Below are positions 24,991 to 38,559 of a stretch of DNA of 64,000 nucleotides, piece after piece. The notes beneath the pieces were generated by a model. That model saw nothing but the letters and a program-made list of their open reading frames with translations, was not told the DNA's origin and ran no database searches. The translations under genes and the position numbers were made by a program. The first letter of the stretch is position 1. Each line of letters opens with the position of its first letter. The DNA is from Chrysomallon squamiferum (taxonomy: Eukaryota; Animalia; Mollusca), in NCBI GenBank assembly GCA_012295275.1, contig CM022669.1, positions 11,346,001-11,410,000 of the forward strand, written 5' to 3'.

Positions 24991-25982
24991 TCTTTCAATC
25001 AAATTAATCTAATCAAGGAACTGTGTTAATCACTTCATACTGAGGCAGTCGAGAGATCAATAAAGTTTTTGTGAAAATAATGAAAGCCACGAGTATTACA
25101 TATATGTAATTACTTGATGAACATCTCATATCATAATTGGCAATGGACTCCCTGTGAGATACGGTGTGTATCATGCATGAAATTAATGGCAATCTGCAAC
25201 GTACCCAGTGTCCTGCAATCTAGGCCAGAGCTCGGACAAAGGTAATAAATAAAGAAAATTTGTTTTAATCAAAATGAAAAACCTTTCAGAGCAGAGTGAC
25301 TACATAGTAAAAACTTTCTATAAATAAAATTCCCCGTAGTGTGCATGCAGTTAAAAAGGCCATGTGCAAAAGTGCTATGAATTTAGATTATTTCTTTGAT
25401 TAATTATTCAACACTGTTTGGTTTATTTGAAATTTAGGTTTCCTAAAATGTATTGTCATGTGCATGTGTGTGTATCTAAAACCAGAACAGTTTTAGATAG
25501 ATCTAAAATTTTTACATCTGCAATAACTGTTTTATTTCCAGATCGAATACCTCTAAAATAATTTCATATCAAATCACTGTTTTTTGACATTGTAAATATC
25601 TATAAATGAAACATTTGCATGAAATTGCTTTGCTTTAAATCAGTATTATGGGAATATTGTTTATTTATCTGATTTTCTATTTATTTAATGATTTTATTTA
25701 CAGCAAATGTATATACTTCATTGCTAATAATGTTTTTAAATTTATTTGTGACAAAAGAAGTAGCAGGGATTATCAGAGATAGTGAGAAAAGGAAAGAGAT
25801 AAACAGGAGGAAGATTCCAAGGAAGAGAAATGATGATGAGGATGAGGATAACAGTGACAGTGATAGTGATGATGAAGATGAAGATGATGGAGTATGATTA
25901 AGATTTTATTATAATTAGGAATTTTTTGTTTAATGTTTAATTGTTACTATTATTATTGTTGTTGTTATTGCTCTTGTTGTTG

Positions 25983-26022
<40 letters not shown>

Positions 26023-26449
26023 GTTAGTGGTTACTGTCTGTTTTTTGACAAAACTTATAAAAGACTAGAATAAAAAATTCACAAATTAGCTTACAACAAC
26101 AAAAAAGATATTCATTTTAAATTAAAAAAAAAAAAATAGAAAAATAATGGGTCAGACAGTTAAGGATTGCTAACTGCAAATCATTCAGTTTTCTAAAGTA
26201 AAAAAATATATAAAAAAGACAATAAAAAACTGAAGAGAACAAGAAGAAAAAAGTGCTAGTATGCTTTGAATCTGCAATTTCATTTTTGAATAATTCATAT
26301 CTCTTACTTGGCAGCAATATTTGTCAAACAAACACATTTACACAGTTAAATTTGCAGAACTGTAAATAAACCTGTGTTAAGTGTTTGTACATGTAAATCT
26401 GAATGTTACTGGTAACTATTTAACATTCTGATAAATGTAAATATAAGCA

Positions 26450-26720
26450 CCATGTGTAATATTTATGATATAAATTTTAACATGATATATGTAATTTGAA
26501 CATGATGTAATATATTAACTTGAACACGATGTAATATATTAACTTGAACATGATGTAATATATTGACTTGAATATGATGTAATAAATTAATCTGGATATT
26601 TTCATTTTGACATCATATAATACAATAATTTGAATATTTGAACATGACATAATATGTACATTACAGTTCAGTATAACATGTTAACTTAAATATGTAAATT
26701 TGAACATGATCTAATAAGTT
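26450..26720. repeat. 24-bp tandem repeat (CATGATGTAATATATTAACTTGAA): 3-4 clean copies within decayed flanks
   Basis: GATGTAATA at 26504, 26528, 26552 and 26576. Confidence 0.85.
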
Positions 26721-27909
26721 AAAAGCGAAGTACAAGAGACTAGGATAACCCTCTTATACATCAACATCTTGATGCAGTGATAAGTGTGTGATATGTATGA
26801 TATATACATTTTTAATGTCTGACAACAGTGTGCTCTGCATGGTATCACACTTCTCAATATTCACATCTGCCTTTTAATGAATAGTAGATGGACAAACAAT
26901 ATCTCTGTTCATTTTTCATGGATTTAAACTTGTACAGGAACATGTTATTATCTGGAAAGAATCACCAAACTGGCAAATTGGTTATTAAGAACTCAACATT
27001 ATCACCTTTCTCTGGTTTCAAGCACTTGAAATCAGCAATGAGTAGAATTAGGTAAATAATCCACTGTTGAAAGCTAGATAAATGATTTTTTAATCTTTCT
27101 CCAATTTCAGTAACTCACTGTCCTTAAGAACAGTGGTGATACTGACGGTCTGGCAAATTTGTATCACTCCTCTTTTCAGATTCAGCTTTTCTTGTATCCA
27201 TATCCAATTCAGTTCTACAAGCATTTACCAAAAACCTATGATCAAGAGCTTTAAATAATCCATTTTCGTTTTATTAACATTTATAAGTTTAAGCCTACAG
27301 CTAAAATTGTGGTTCTTATTTTTACATCAATGAGTTTAAAATACAATAATTTTTAAGCTGTCCTTTCAGATAATAGAGATTTAAACAGCTGCTTCATGTG
27401 TGTGTATTTTAACCTTTACCTTTCAGCTCTGTATTCCCTCAACTGTAAATTCCCTCAAACATAAAGCTGAGGGAACACAGAACATGGAACAAAGAACTGC
27501 AGGAATATGGAGTTTGACATCAGCAGTATTTTCCCTCAAACATAGAACGGATGGAAGAAAAAACCACAGAAATCATTATTATGGAGTTAACTCCTGATTT
27601 ACATTCAATACATTTAAAATACACTTTTAAACCTAATCTTTTTACATTTTGCCACTTTAAATTTTTTCTTCTTTGTGCTGAATGCTGACACAGGGACACC
27701 AGTTTAGATGAGTAAATACAAAACAGAGTTGACTGTAAATAAGCCTTCTACTGATGTCTGGACCATTGAATTGGTTGTAAGCTTGTGAAAACGTCAGGGA
27801 ATTGAAATGGCTAGCCTTTCTAACAGAATTATGAATTAAATCATTTTATATTAATACTACGATAAAGTCTTTAGTATAGTATAAATTTCAATAGTTTGGT
27901 ATTATTATA

Positions 27910-27926
27910 TATGTGTATGTATGTGT

Positions 27927-27987
<61 letters not shown>

Positions 27988-28014
27988 TATATGTGTGTGT
28001 GTGTGGGTATGTGT
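27910..28014. repeat. (TG)n microsatellite
   Basis: Direct reading. Confidence 0.97.
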
Positions 28015-29209
28015 ATTTCTTTGTGATTTGATTTTTTCAATTAGCCTTTTAAATATATCCCAATAAATTCAAATAACAGTTATATATACTTTTTTTTTTT
28101 TTAACCTTTTGTGAAATGACAATTTCATTCCCTATGTTTTAAAATACAATCACATACAGCTTATTAAATAAATAAATATTTAATAACAGTTATATATTTT
28201 GTTACCTGTTTGTTAACTGAGGTGCTTGTTCTCTAAATGAGCTTAAAATACAGCAAACTTCCAGCCTCTTCTTTTAAACGGAGCTTTAAGTGAAAGCATT
28301 TTGCCTTAATAAGACTTACAAATCCAATTGAAAAGTGTAAGCCCTGTTTATTGTCAAGAAGTGCTCTCCCGTTTTACTCATCTGGCTGAAGGAAATTGTT
28401 TTGGTTTCACTTTACAGTGCAGAGTATCTGTTTTATGTAACGTAGCGAATATCTGAGTTATTTAATAGCTAGCAGATCATTCATACACACTGATTCAAAA
28501 TTAATAGCGTTTATGATTTGATTTTTTAAATTTTTTTGCTTTAGAATTTTTGATAATCTTTTTTTTTATCTTTATTTCTTTTTTTCTTTTTCTTTCTTTC
28601 TTTTTTTTGTAAGGAATTTAATTAATCTGATGTAGATTAAATGTTTTTTTTTTTTTTTCTATTTTATGGAATTGACAAAAATAAAAAAAAATGTTGGAAG
28701 TTTATTTTCAGATAGGATCAAATTTAAAAACATGTAAGTTGATTAAAAAGCTGAAATGGTATGATTTACAATAATAGTTATACGCCAGAATAATTCAGTT
28801 TGTTTTATTCTTTGCATTCTAAATATGATTTTAATCTCTTTTTTATCTTTTTATTTTATTTATTTATTTTTTTTATTTTTTATTTTTTATTATTTTTTAC
28901 TTTTTTTTACATGACTGGCTAAATATAAATTTATATTTATTATAAATTTGTGAACCTACAATTCTAAATTAATATAAAAAAAAAAATATGTTTAGCATAG
29001 CATGTTTAGAATACTTATCTTTTAGTTATATCTAAAAACTCTTCCAGTATCAGCAGTATATTTGTTAATTCTAATAATAATGATGATGATGGTGATGATG
29101 ATGATGATGATAATGATGATAATTAAAATATAAACCTATGCTGTAAGTCTGTATTAACACTGCAATAATTTGAAAATGGTATTGCTTTGGATACCAACAT
29201 TAAAAGTAT

Positions 29210-29240
<31 letters not shown>

Positions 29241-30959
29241 TTCATTCATTTCCTTGAAGCCACTTACTGTCCACTCCACAAACTGACAAAAAAAAAAGAA
29301 CTGCAACAGTCCTATCAGTAATTTATTTTTATTATTATTTGCTAAGCAATAACTAAAATAATTTTACACCAGTAAAAAAACCCAAAAACCCCATTCATTC
29401 ACTGATTACCTCAGAAATCCATAAAGAAAACACACACATACTTGTTATGTATTAGAGCATTACATGTTTATGGGGGTTGTGTTTTTATAGCTCCCTGACT
29501 GCCAGTTATAGCCACTGACTTTTCAATTACCATCAAGCATGTAAAAGAGCTCATGCTAAAGCAATGAGACATCAAAATTAAGCATCTAAAAAAAAAAAAA
29601 AAAATCAATTGTCTTAGTCTGAAGGAGAAGATGACCATACAGGAATTATCTTACTGCAATTTTGATGAGCCCAGTTTCTCGGGATGGACCAAACCACTTG
29701 AAGACATCTCTCATCTCTCTGACTAATAATTAATCTAACATGCGAAAATGTGCCGTTTTATGGCAGGAATCGAGAAGGAAGGTACGCTGCAATTGTTGTC
29801 GAGGTTCGCTGGTGAATAATTGAAGTGGAGGACTTGAAGAACTGATCATAATATCTGACCAATTTCATCGTGTGTGTGTGATCGATAGTCGCATGAAGTG
29901 TATTGATACCCAGGGAAATCTGTCGATGAGTTTCAAGTATAAATAAAGTCAAAGTTAGCAGGATTAATTTTGTATATAGACAAAACAACAAAAGAATGGA
30001 GATGCAAAAAAAAAAAAAAAAAAAAAAAAAGAAAAGGACAAAAAGAAAAAAAGTTTTAATTGGCAAGGATTTGACGTTTTTGTTATCATTTCTTTTTAAT
30101 AACTGTATTTTTGTTATATTTATTTACAAGAGTATTTGTGTATGTGTTTTGTTATTAAATGAAACAATAATGTCAGTAAGCACAATTGTAGAATTACTGC
30201 ATAAAACTGGATTCAAATTTACCAGTAATCCATTAAAAACATCCACCACAAAACAAAGACATTATAAGCTTCATTTTGTAAGATTAAATAAAATTTAAAA
30301 AAACTAGACTTAAATTTACATCAGTAATCCACTAAAAACATACAATACAGAATTAAGATTACACAGCACAATTCAAAAAGGTTATTTATAAAACTGAATG
30401 CAAATTTAGATGACTGATCTACTAAAGAACATAACCAAATTTGTTTCCAGTCTCTACAAATATTTCACCACTGGTTTCAAAGTTTAAAACAAATTCAATA
30501 TGTCGCAATTTGCTCAGACAGGCTTTTCATCCTTCCAATACACTCACTAATTTTAGTACCACACTGACAATGGCTATGGCTATAGGTGGGTCAAATTTGT
30601 GGACACTGTATGCATCTAATTTTCTTTGATGCCATGTAGATTAAAAGGGCAAGTAGCCGCCAATAGAGCAATGTTTGCCAATCACAATTTGCACACTGTA
30701 ATGAAGTTGAATTTGAATAATTCGAGAGAATGAGGAATGGCTGGTCTCCCATCACCTCTCTGCTAACTCTTATCTCCAGACTGGCTGTTTTCCACTGACA
30801 GCTAATTTCTATGGCAGATATTGATACAAGTAGGAAAGTGAGGACCTTCCAGCTGAAACAAAATATTTCCTTTCAGCGATTTGCAACTTCTTTCCATTTC
30901 CTCTCCGTGACTTGCAAGTTTTCTCAGTCTGTACCCAGCCAACAAGCAGCAAGTCATTT

Positions 30960-31720
30960 CCATCTCTGCTTAATAGTGTGCAGTTTTACCCATCTCTGCT
31001 TAATAGTGTGCAGTTTTACCCATCTCTGTTTAATAGTGTGCAGTTTTACCCATCTCTGTTTAATAGTGTGCAGTTTTACCCATCTATGTTTAATAGTGTG
31101 CAGTTTTACCCATCTCTGTTTAATACTGTGCAGCTTTACCCATCTCTGTTTAATAGTGTGCAGCTTTACCCATCTCTGTTTAATAGTGTGCAGTTTTACC
31201 CATCTATGTTTAATAGTGTGCAGTTTTACCCATCTCTGTTTAATACTGTGCAGCTTTACCCATCTCTGTTTAATAGTGTGCAGTTTTACCCATCTCTGTT
31301 TAATAGTGTGCAGCTTTACCCATCTCTGTTTAATAGTGTGCAGCTTTACCCATCTCTGTTTAATAGTGTGCAGCTTTACCCATCTCTGTTTAATAGTGTG
31401 CAGCTTTACCCATCTCTGTTTAATAGTGTGCAGTTTTACCCATCTCTGTTTAATAGTGTGCAGCTTTACCCATCTCTGTTTAATAGTGTGCAGCTTTACC
31501 CATCTCTGTTTAATAGTGTGCAGCTTTACCCATCTCTGTTTAATAGTGTGCAGTTTTACCCATCTCTGTTTAATAGTGTGCAGTTTTACCCATCTCTGTT
31601 TAATAGTGTGCAGCTTTACCCATCTCTGTTTAATAGTGTGCAGCTTTACCCATCTCTGTTTAATAGTGTGCAGTTTTACCCATCTCTGCTTATTAACATG
31701 CAGTTTTACCCATCTCTGTT
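30960..31720. repeat. 30-bp minisatellite (CATCTCTGTTTAATAGTGTGCAG[T/C]TTTACC), ~25 near-identical copies
   Basis: Exact 30-bp period from 30961; source of the three long overlapping ORFs. Confidence 0.99.
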
Positions 31721-32260
31721 GAGTAACTAGCAAGTTCTTTCCACAACAACTACCACTATTGTTTCCATTGGCAATTAAGTTGTGTCCATTTCAGTTCAAC
31801 TACTGGAAAATTCTTTCCATATCTGATGAGTTCTATCCACCTACACTCAACAGCTAGCAAATTCTGCCCATCTCCATTCAGTAATTGGCAAGTTTTTTCC
31901 ATGTCTACTCAACAACTAGCAAATTGTTTCCATTTCTGCTATGTTGTGTCTCTCTATATTTCAAAAAAATAAATAAAATATGCAAGATCTGTCTGTATAT
32001 ATTCACTACTTAGTCTGTTCCTATCTATCCAACAGAGAGAAAATTTGGTCCATTTCATCTCAACAGCTAGTATGTTTCGTCAATAAATGCTCGAGAACTA
32101 GCAGGTTTGTTCCATATCTATTCAACAGCTAGGAAGGTCAACTTAACGACAGTACTTTCCATTTCAGCTGAACAACCATCAAGTTCTATCAATCGCTAAT
32201 TAACAACTAACAAGTATTTTCCATCTCAGCTCAACAAGTTATTTCCATTTAAACAAAAAT
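31721..32260. repeat. Old degenerate ~31-bp array (CCATCTCAGCTCAACAACTAGCAAGTTCTTT-like) related to the adjacent 30-bp array
   Basis: CAAC[A/T][A/G]CTAGCAA...TCCAT recurs about every 31 bp; similar decayed units occur at 30865-30960. Confidence 0.75.
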
Positions 32261-32689
32261 GTCTCAAATAATCAACTGAAAAATTATTTCCTTTTAAAAA
32301 GAAACAAACAAATAGACAAGTTCTCTTTATTTTTGAAATTGATCAAGAACTCAACTCCAGTTTCAGCATCAAATTCATTGTTCTACTAAGAAAGAGTAAA
32401 ATACAGGACAATGAAAAATGAAATTTTAAAATTTTGATTGGGCTTTTGTTTGAGTCATTTTGTTTGCATCTAACCTATTCAAAAATGCTGGAATATTGTT
32501 TAGATTGAAATGCATGAAACTTGTCAAGGAAAACCTACTTGTATATTGTCCAGCAGAACATCTGAACTTCATCAAACAAAATAGTGAAGATACAACACTT
32601 TCACAAGATAACAAACAGTAAGCCGGTAATATATCAGGATTATTTTTAATTGTCAAAATATTTGCCATACTTTGAAACAAATTCATATG

Positions 32690-32970
32690 CACATAGACAC
32701 ACTCCAACACACACAGACACATAAAGACACCCACACAAACCTTACACACACACACAGACACATACATACAGACACACACACAAACCTTACACACACACAG
32801 ACACATACATACAGACACACACACACAAACCTTACACTCACACACATACATACAGACACACACACAAACCTTACACTCACACACACATACACACACACAC
32901 AGACACACACACACACAAACCTATACACAGACACATACATACAGACACACACACAAACCTACACACACAT
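32690..32970. repeat. CA-rich ~40-bp minisatellite with CAAACCT(T)ACAC anchor
   Basis: CACAAACCT recurs six times among (CA)n runs. Confidence 0.9.
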
Positions 32971-35014
32971 GCTCAAATATACACATACATGCTCTCAAAT
33001 ACTGAAATTACATATACTAATATTCAAAGTTATATTCCACAATCTATATTTTTTGTCAGTGTCTTATCTCAATCAAGCATCTCTTTTTTAACTAACGTCA
33101 ATCTTTTCATGACGATATCAAAATTTAAACAAGATCAATCATCCATAAACAACCATTATTTTTCTTCATTTTCCCAGAAGCATCATTTTTTTTGATGTTT
33201 TGCTTGTAGCCTAAAGCAATTGTTAAATGTGTTCACTCTAGCATGAAGTGTCAACTTTCTGATGTGACCTTTTGTGTCCGCCTTAATTAGGTTTGTAATT
33301 AAAAATTAATACCTATAAATTGTTAAAATAGACAAGCCTTTATGTGTTCTGTGAATTGCCATTAATGTCTATGTCAGTAATTAAGGAGTGGTTTATACAT
33401 TAAGTATTCCACAAGTGACAGACTAAAAAAATTAAATAAATAATAGTTTAAAAAAAAAAAAGTAAATGAAAGGTTATTTTTCTTTTATTTTAAAATGTTG
33501 TTATGTAAAGAGTTTAAAACAGATTTTGATGAAGTAAATAAAAACAGACAAATAAGTATGAAGTTAAGAAGACAAAAAAAAAAATTCAAAAATTTAATAA
33601 AAACCTTTAAGAATATAAATGTAATAAAAAAAATTAAATATATAGCAGAGCATTTAAAAAAAACCAGTTAAGAATATATTAAATTCTCTTATAAAATATT
33701 TATTTATTTATTTATTTATTTATTTATGTTTCAGTTTTGAAGTATTTATTACAATTTTTGCAGCACTTCAGAGAACCATAAAAGAAATAAACGTTTTTTG
33801 GGGAAAATGGTCAACTTAGGAACAAAACAAAGTCCAAAACAAAACAAAAAACACGTTTGTTAATCAATGTCTTCTATTATATTATCCTCCTTTATGGAGA
33901 AAGTACCAATTTAGTTTTTCAAATACACAAAAAAGAAATTGTCATATTTCAAAATAACTAAAATCATTTTTGTTCAGTCATAAAGATGTATTCATAAAAC
34001 AAAACTTATTTAAGTTTAGAATTTTAAAGTTTAGTTTTTTCAGTATATTATCATTATGCTACATACAAAACAAATAATAATGTTAAAAGTTTTAATATAG
34101 ACTTTGACACAAGATATTTAACTGTTTGTATTAAATAAATTCAGAGACAGCTCTAAGGAAGCCATGTTTGTACTGTTTTCAGAAGGAAGGATACAAAAAA
34201 AATTATCTTTCTTTGTACATTTATCCCAGCTGAGAAGATAAGTTTCTGATGCAAAAAAGAATATTAATGGTTATGCACTTTTCAGACATAGCTCCAAACT
34301 TTGAGAAAAAATGTGTCAATTATCATTAAATGAAACAAATAAATAAAATGTGAAAAAAACAAAATTTCAAAAAAAAAAGAATGAAGAAATAAATAAAATA
34401 TGAAAAAACAAAATTTCAAAAAAAAGAATGAAGAAATAAATTCCTTGATAATATTGATGATAAAATTAGTTTCATTATAAACATTTTAGATAATCATCAT
34501 CATCATCATCATTAAAAACAAAAAAAAGTTTTAGCTCTAAGCATGATGCACAGTCCATGGATCTGGATCCATTTTTTGACCACACACAGTTTTTGTTATT
34601 TTCAAAACCCTTGAATAAGATGTTTAACCCAAATTAGTGTGTTCATCTTCTGCTGTTTGGTCAGCTGTAATGAATCTTCTGAGGAAAAAAAAAAAAAAAA
34701 AAAAAAAAGAAAGAAAAAAAAAAAGAAAAAAACGGTAAAATGGTAAAAGAAAAGAAAAAAGGCTTCCTTTAGGCTTCAGCACTTTTCTTTCTGATGAGCT
34801 CTTTTGAAAGAGAGACAATTAAATTAACCAGCCAAAATCAAATCAATAGCAGAGCATCAGAGATCAAACTGGGCCAGCCTAACTCACTTAAACTGTTGAC
34901 TAAACACACCAGGTTTGTTGTTTCTACTGTTTCTTGTGCGTGCTACACAATGATTAGATAAATATTGAGCTGGCACACCATTCAGGTGATAAGTGTTTGC
35001 ACTGAGACTTTTAT

Positions 35015-35490
35015 CTAATAGCGGAATATTAATTTTTATTCTCAACCCCTGGTGGCAAAAAGGTTACGTATTTAACTATTTATCTAATTGGGTTTTAGAG
35101 ATTTTAATTTGAATTTCTGTTCACTGCAGTGTTGATGGTGTTTGGTTGTTCGGTTATTTAACTGTTAATATTTAAAAAAAAAAATTTTATTCTGTTTTAT
35201 TTGTCAATGGTTTATGCTATTCTTCTGATAGTGAAATATTAACTCACCCTCTTAACCTTGGTGGCAAAAGATTATAATTAAATATTGAACTAAATGGGTT
35301 TGAAATTTTAATTTTTATTCTGTGTTCGGGGTGTTGATGGTACTTGTGTATTCAGTATTCAGCAGTTAAGAAGACTTAAAGAATTTGCACCAACTAATTA
35401 ATTAATTTTTATTCTTAACCTTGGTGGCAAAAGGTTACTTTAAGCATTAATCTAATGGGGTTTGATATTTTATTTTTATTCTGTACATAT
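35015..35490. repeat. Three diverged copies of a ~160-210-bp unit
   Basis: GGTGGCAAAA at 35051, 35260 and 35423, each followed by ...TAA[T/A]TGGG...ATTTTA...TTCTGT-like sequence; GTGTTGATGGT present in the first two copies. Confidence 0.85.
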
Positions 35491-35518
35491 ACACAAACAC
35501 ACACATACATACATACAA

Positions 35519-35559
<41 letters not shown>

Positions 35560-36452
35560 CACACACAACACACACATACAGATAAATACATATATGCACA
35601 CAAACATACAAAAACACAATGCCAACACACACAGGCACCCATACACACACACTACACAGACCCACACACTCACTTATCTGATCTTAAAATCAAAAACCAC
35701 TGTGTAGTATCATAGTGATATTAAACATAAAGCGAAATACATTAACAGCTAAGCACTCAGGTATGTAGCCAATTAAAAACAAATCTCTTTTGATAAATTG
35801 TCTTTATCAGGCAGCTAAATTTAGCTCATGGCATCCTATGCCACAGTTTTTAATTAAATATATTATTTATGTTACCAGTTAATATAAGCAAAATATGAAA
35901 ACTTGTTTTTTGAACTTTCTGTACCTTAGTAAATGATAAGATTATAAGAGAAAATAGTTTTGTGTTTTTCCATTTTATGATTAGAATGAAATAAAATAAT
36001 AAAAATAACTGCTTAAAAATTTTGACAGAGGTTATTTATGGTTATGTTGTTCTGTGTGTCTCTAAAGTTATAGTTTATGTTGTTTATGTTAAGATACAGA
36101 ATTTAATGATGTATATTTCTTTTTCTTTTAATTATTTTAATAGTCTTCTTTTTTTCTTCTTCTTCTTAATGTTATTATTGTTTTGTTGTTTCTTTTTTTC
36201 TTCTTCTTCTTCTTTAACAAAACTGAGCATGATATTAATTATTATTTTATTATTCCTGTGTGAAATATACCAGAAAATAATGTGTTATTGATTTTTGAAT
36301 TATTACATAAATATACAGCCTGCGTATGATACCATTATAACCTCACTGTGGAAAATGACAGAAAACATTTGTATTGACTAGAGTTATGCAATGAAGAGAA
36401 TACATTTAGAAAAATTATACTAATAACTTAATTTCAATTTATTAATTTAGAT

Positions 36453-36456
<4 letters not shown>

Positions 36457-36522
<66 letters not shown>
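36457..36522. repeat. (AG)n microsatellite
   Basis: Direct reading. Confidence 0.98.
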
Positions 36523-36524
<2 letters not shown>

Positions 36525-36723
36525 TGCGTTTGAAATTTTTTGATTTAAGATACCCCCATAGCAACACAGGCAAATAAATTATTTATAAGATTTGAAGAAA
36601 TAGACACAGATACAGTCAAAGATAAAACTAAAAGAGAAAATGAGAAACATTTTGGAAAAGATAAAAATAAAGAATGAACGAAATAGTTAAAAAGATAATG
36701 CATTAATTCCCCAAATAATCAAA

Positions 36724-36724
36724 A

Positions 36725-36776
<52 letters not shown>
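36724..36776. repeat. (CT)n microsatellite
   Basis: Direct reading. Confidence 0.98.
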
Positions 36777-36779
<3 letters not shown>

Positions 36780-36799
36780 TTATACTATAAGCTTTATTT

Positions 36800-37110
36800 C
36801 CCAGTTATTTACTATAACATATTACATGGTTATACTACATATATTATCAGTTTTACTTACAGTTGGTCTTTCAATAGTCTATTTAAAAACCATATTACTA
36901 TTTTACATTGCACATATTTTTCATAGTTTTAAAGAAGTGACATCTTTACAATGTTTTACTATGTTATTTACTATAACACATTAAGAATGTCATACTATGT
37001 ACCACTCTGATAGTTTTTACTGACAGTCACTGTTACAATGTTTTACTATGTTATTTACTCCAACACATTACAATGTCACACTACGTACTACTGTCGCAGT
37101 TTTACTTTGT
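36800..37110. repeat. Degenerate ~87-bp tandem repeat (TTACAATGTTTTACTATGTTATTTACT...)
   Basis: ATGTTTTACTATGTTATTTACT at 36951 and 37038, with a decayed copy near 36805. Confidence 0.8.
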
Positions 37111-37434
37111 GGTGTTACTAAGTACTACACCAATAAAAATTCAGTTTTTCAATAGGCACCGGGACATGAAAGAAAGATTACCTATCAACATGCAGCTGTT
37201 TCCAACAGAAATCAATTTGGAAGGAATAAATCTATTAAAACTGTTTGACTGCTTTGCACCGCCATTAAACAAAATAAATCCCATGTAACTGTGGCAGTGA
37301 CATTTCTGAGGAGCATTATCAAATTTTTGGATTTCTTGTTCCATATTGTGCACTGATATAAACATGTGGGACCAAGTCAATTTTCTCAACATGTGTTGCA
37401 GACAGAGTGTTGATGACTAACTGTGAACTCTCTT

Positions 37435-37438
<4 letters not shown>

Positions 37439-37480
<42 letters not shown>

Positions 37481-37517
37481 ATATTTTAATCTGTAAATGT
37501 GATATGTGTGTAGAAGT

Positions 37518-37557
<40 letters not shown>

Positions 37558-37585
37558 GCTTGTTTGTTTGTTTATTTGGTTTATT

Positions 37586-37636
<51 letters not shown>

Positions 37637-37845
37637 TTATTTTATTTGTTTGTTTGTTTGTTTATCATAGTTTTTGTTGTTCCTCTTCCTGTCATTATTA
37701 CTTTTGTTATTGTTGTTGTTGTTGTTGTTGTTGCTACTATTATTTATGTTGTTGCTGTTTAGTTGCTTCTAATGTTTTTGTTAATGTTATTGTGTTTGAT
37801 GTTGTTGGTGTTGTTGTTGTTGTTGTTGTTATTATTATTATTTTC
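37439..37845. repeat. Compound microsatellite (CT)n, (TAT)n, (TTTA)n, (TGT)n
   Basis: Direct reading. Confidence 0.95.
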
Positions 37846-38559
37846 TATCTGTTATTTCTGTTTCTTTCTTTCTTTCATTATTTATTGATTTGTTGTTGCT
37901 GTTGTTATTGTTCTTACATGCACTGGTGTTTTCATACTTTTTAATTTTTCAGTTGTCAGCTTTAAAAAAAATTAAAAAAAATAAAAATAATAATAATAAT
38001 AAAATAAGTGATATGATCGAAACATCAAACAACTACATTAATTTATATATTTCTGTTCTTTTTTTTTCCTCTTTTTTTCTGCAATTATTTTGATATTTAT
38101 ATCAATAACTACAAATCGAATTAATCATAAAAGTGCTACATTCTGTAAACCAATAATAAATTTCACTGAATGGTGTAGTATCTGTCTTATTACACTGAGC
38201 TGTATGTAAATATGTAAAATATAACACACGTGTAATAACTTAGAAATAAGCAGATCAGTTTGGCTTCCAATACCAAACAACTGATGAAATCTGTACACTT
38301 TTTATGTGATGGGTGATAGATGTACATGCAATAAAGCTTCTTCAAATTGCAAATAATTCTTGACTTCAGAGAGACTATTCAGATTTATTGGTTCTTTTAC
38401 ATCTGAAATTGTTTTTAATATTCAGAGGAGCCTCCACTTGAAACAGACCCAAATGAGAACTGATTTCTTAATATGATCTGTCTTCCAGAAAATAGCATTT
38501 TGTCGTTGTTATGGGAGATCTTGTATGGCTGTGGCATATGGTGATTTTTTTTCTTTTAC

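Noticed and set aside
30655-30686. Two CCAAT boxes 18 bp apart suggesting an NF-Y promoter
   Set aside because: Spacing is tighter than usual for tandem NF-Y sites, and no TATA/Inr or downstream exon supports a promoter call.
30811-31733. Three long ORFs (303, 272 and 259 aa) over the 30-bp array
   Set aside because: A stop-free unit of length divisible by 3 opens frames automatically. Frames are open on both strands, the units are nearly identical, and the ORFs end at the array edges.
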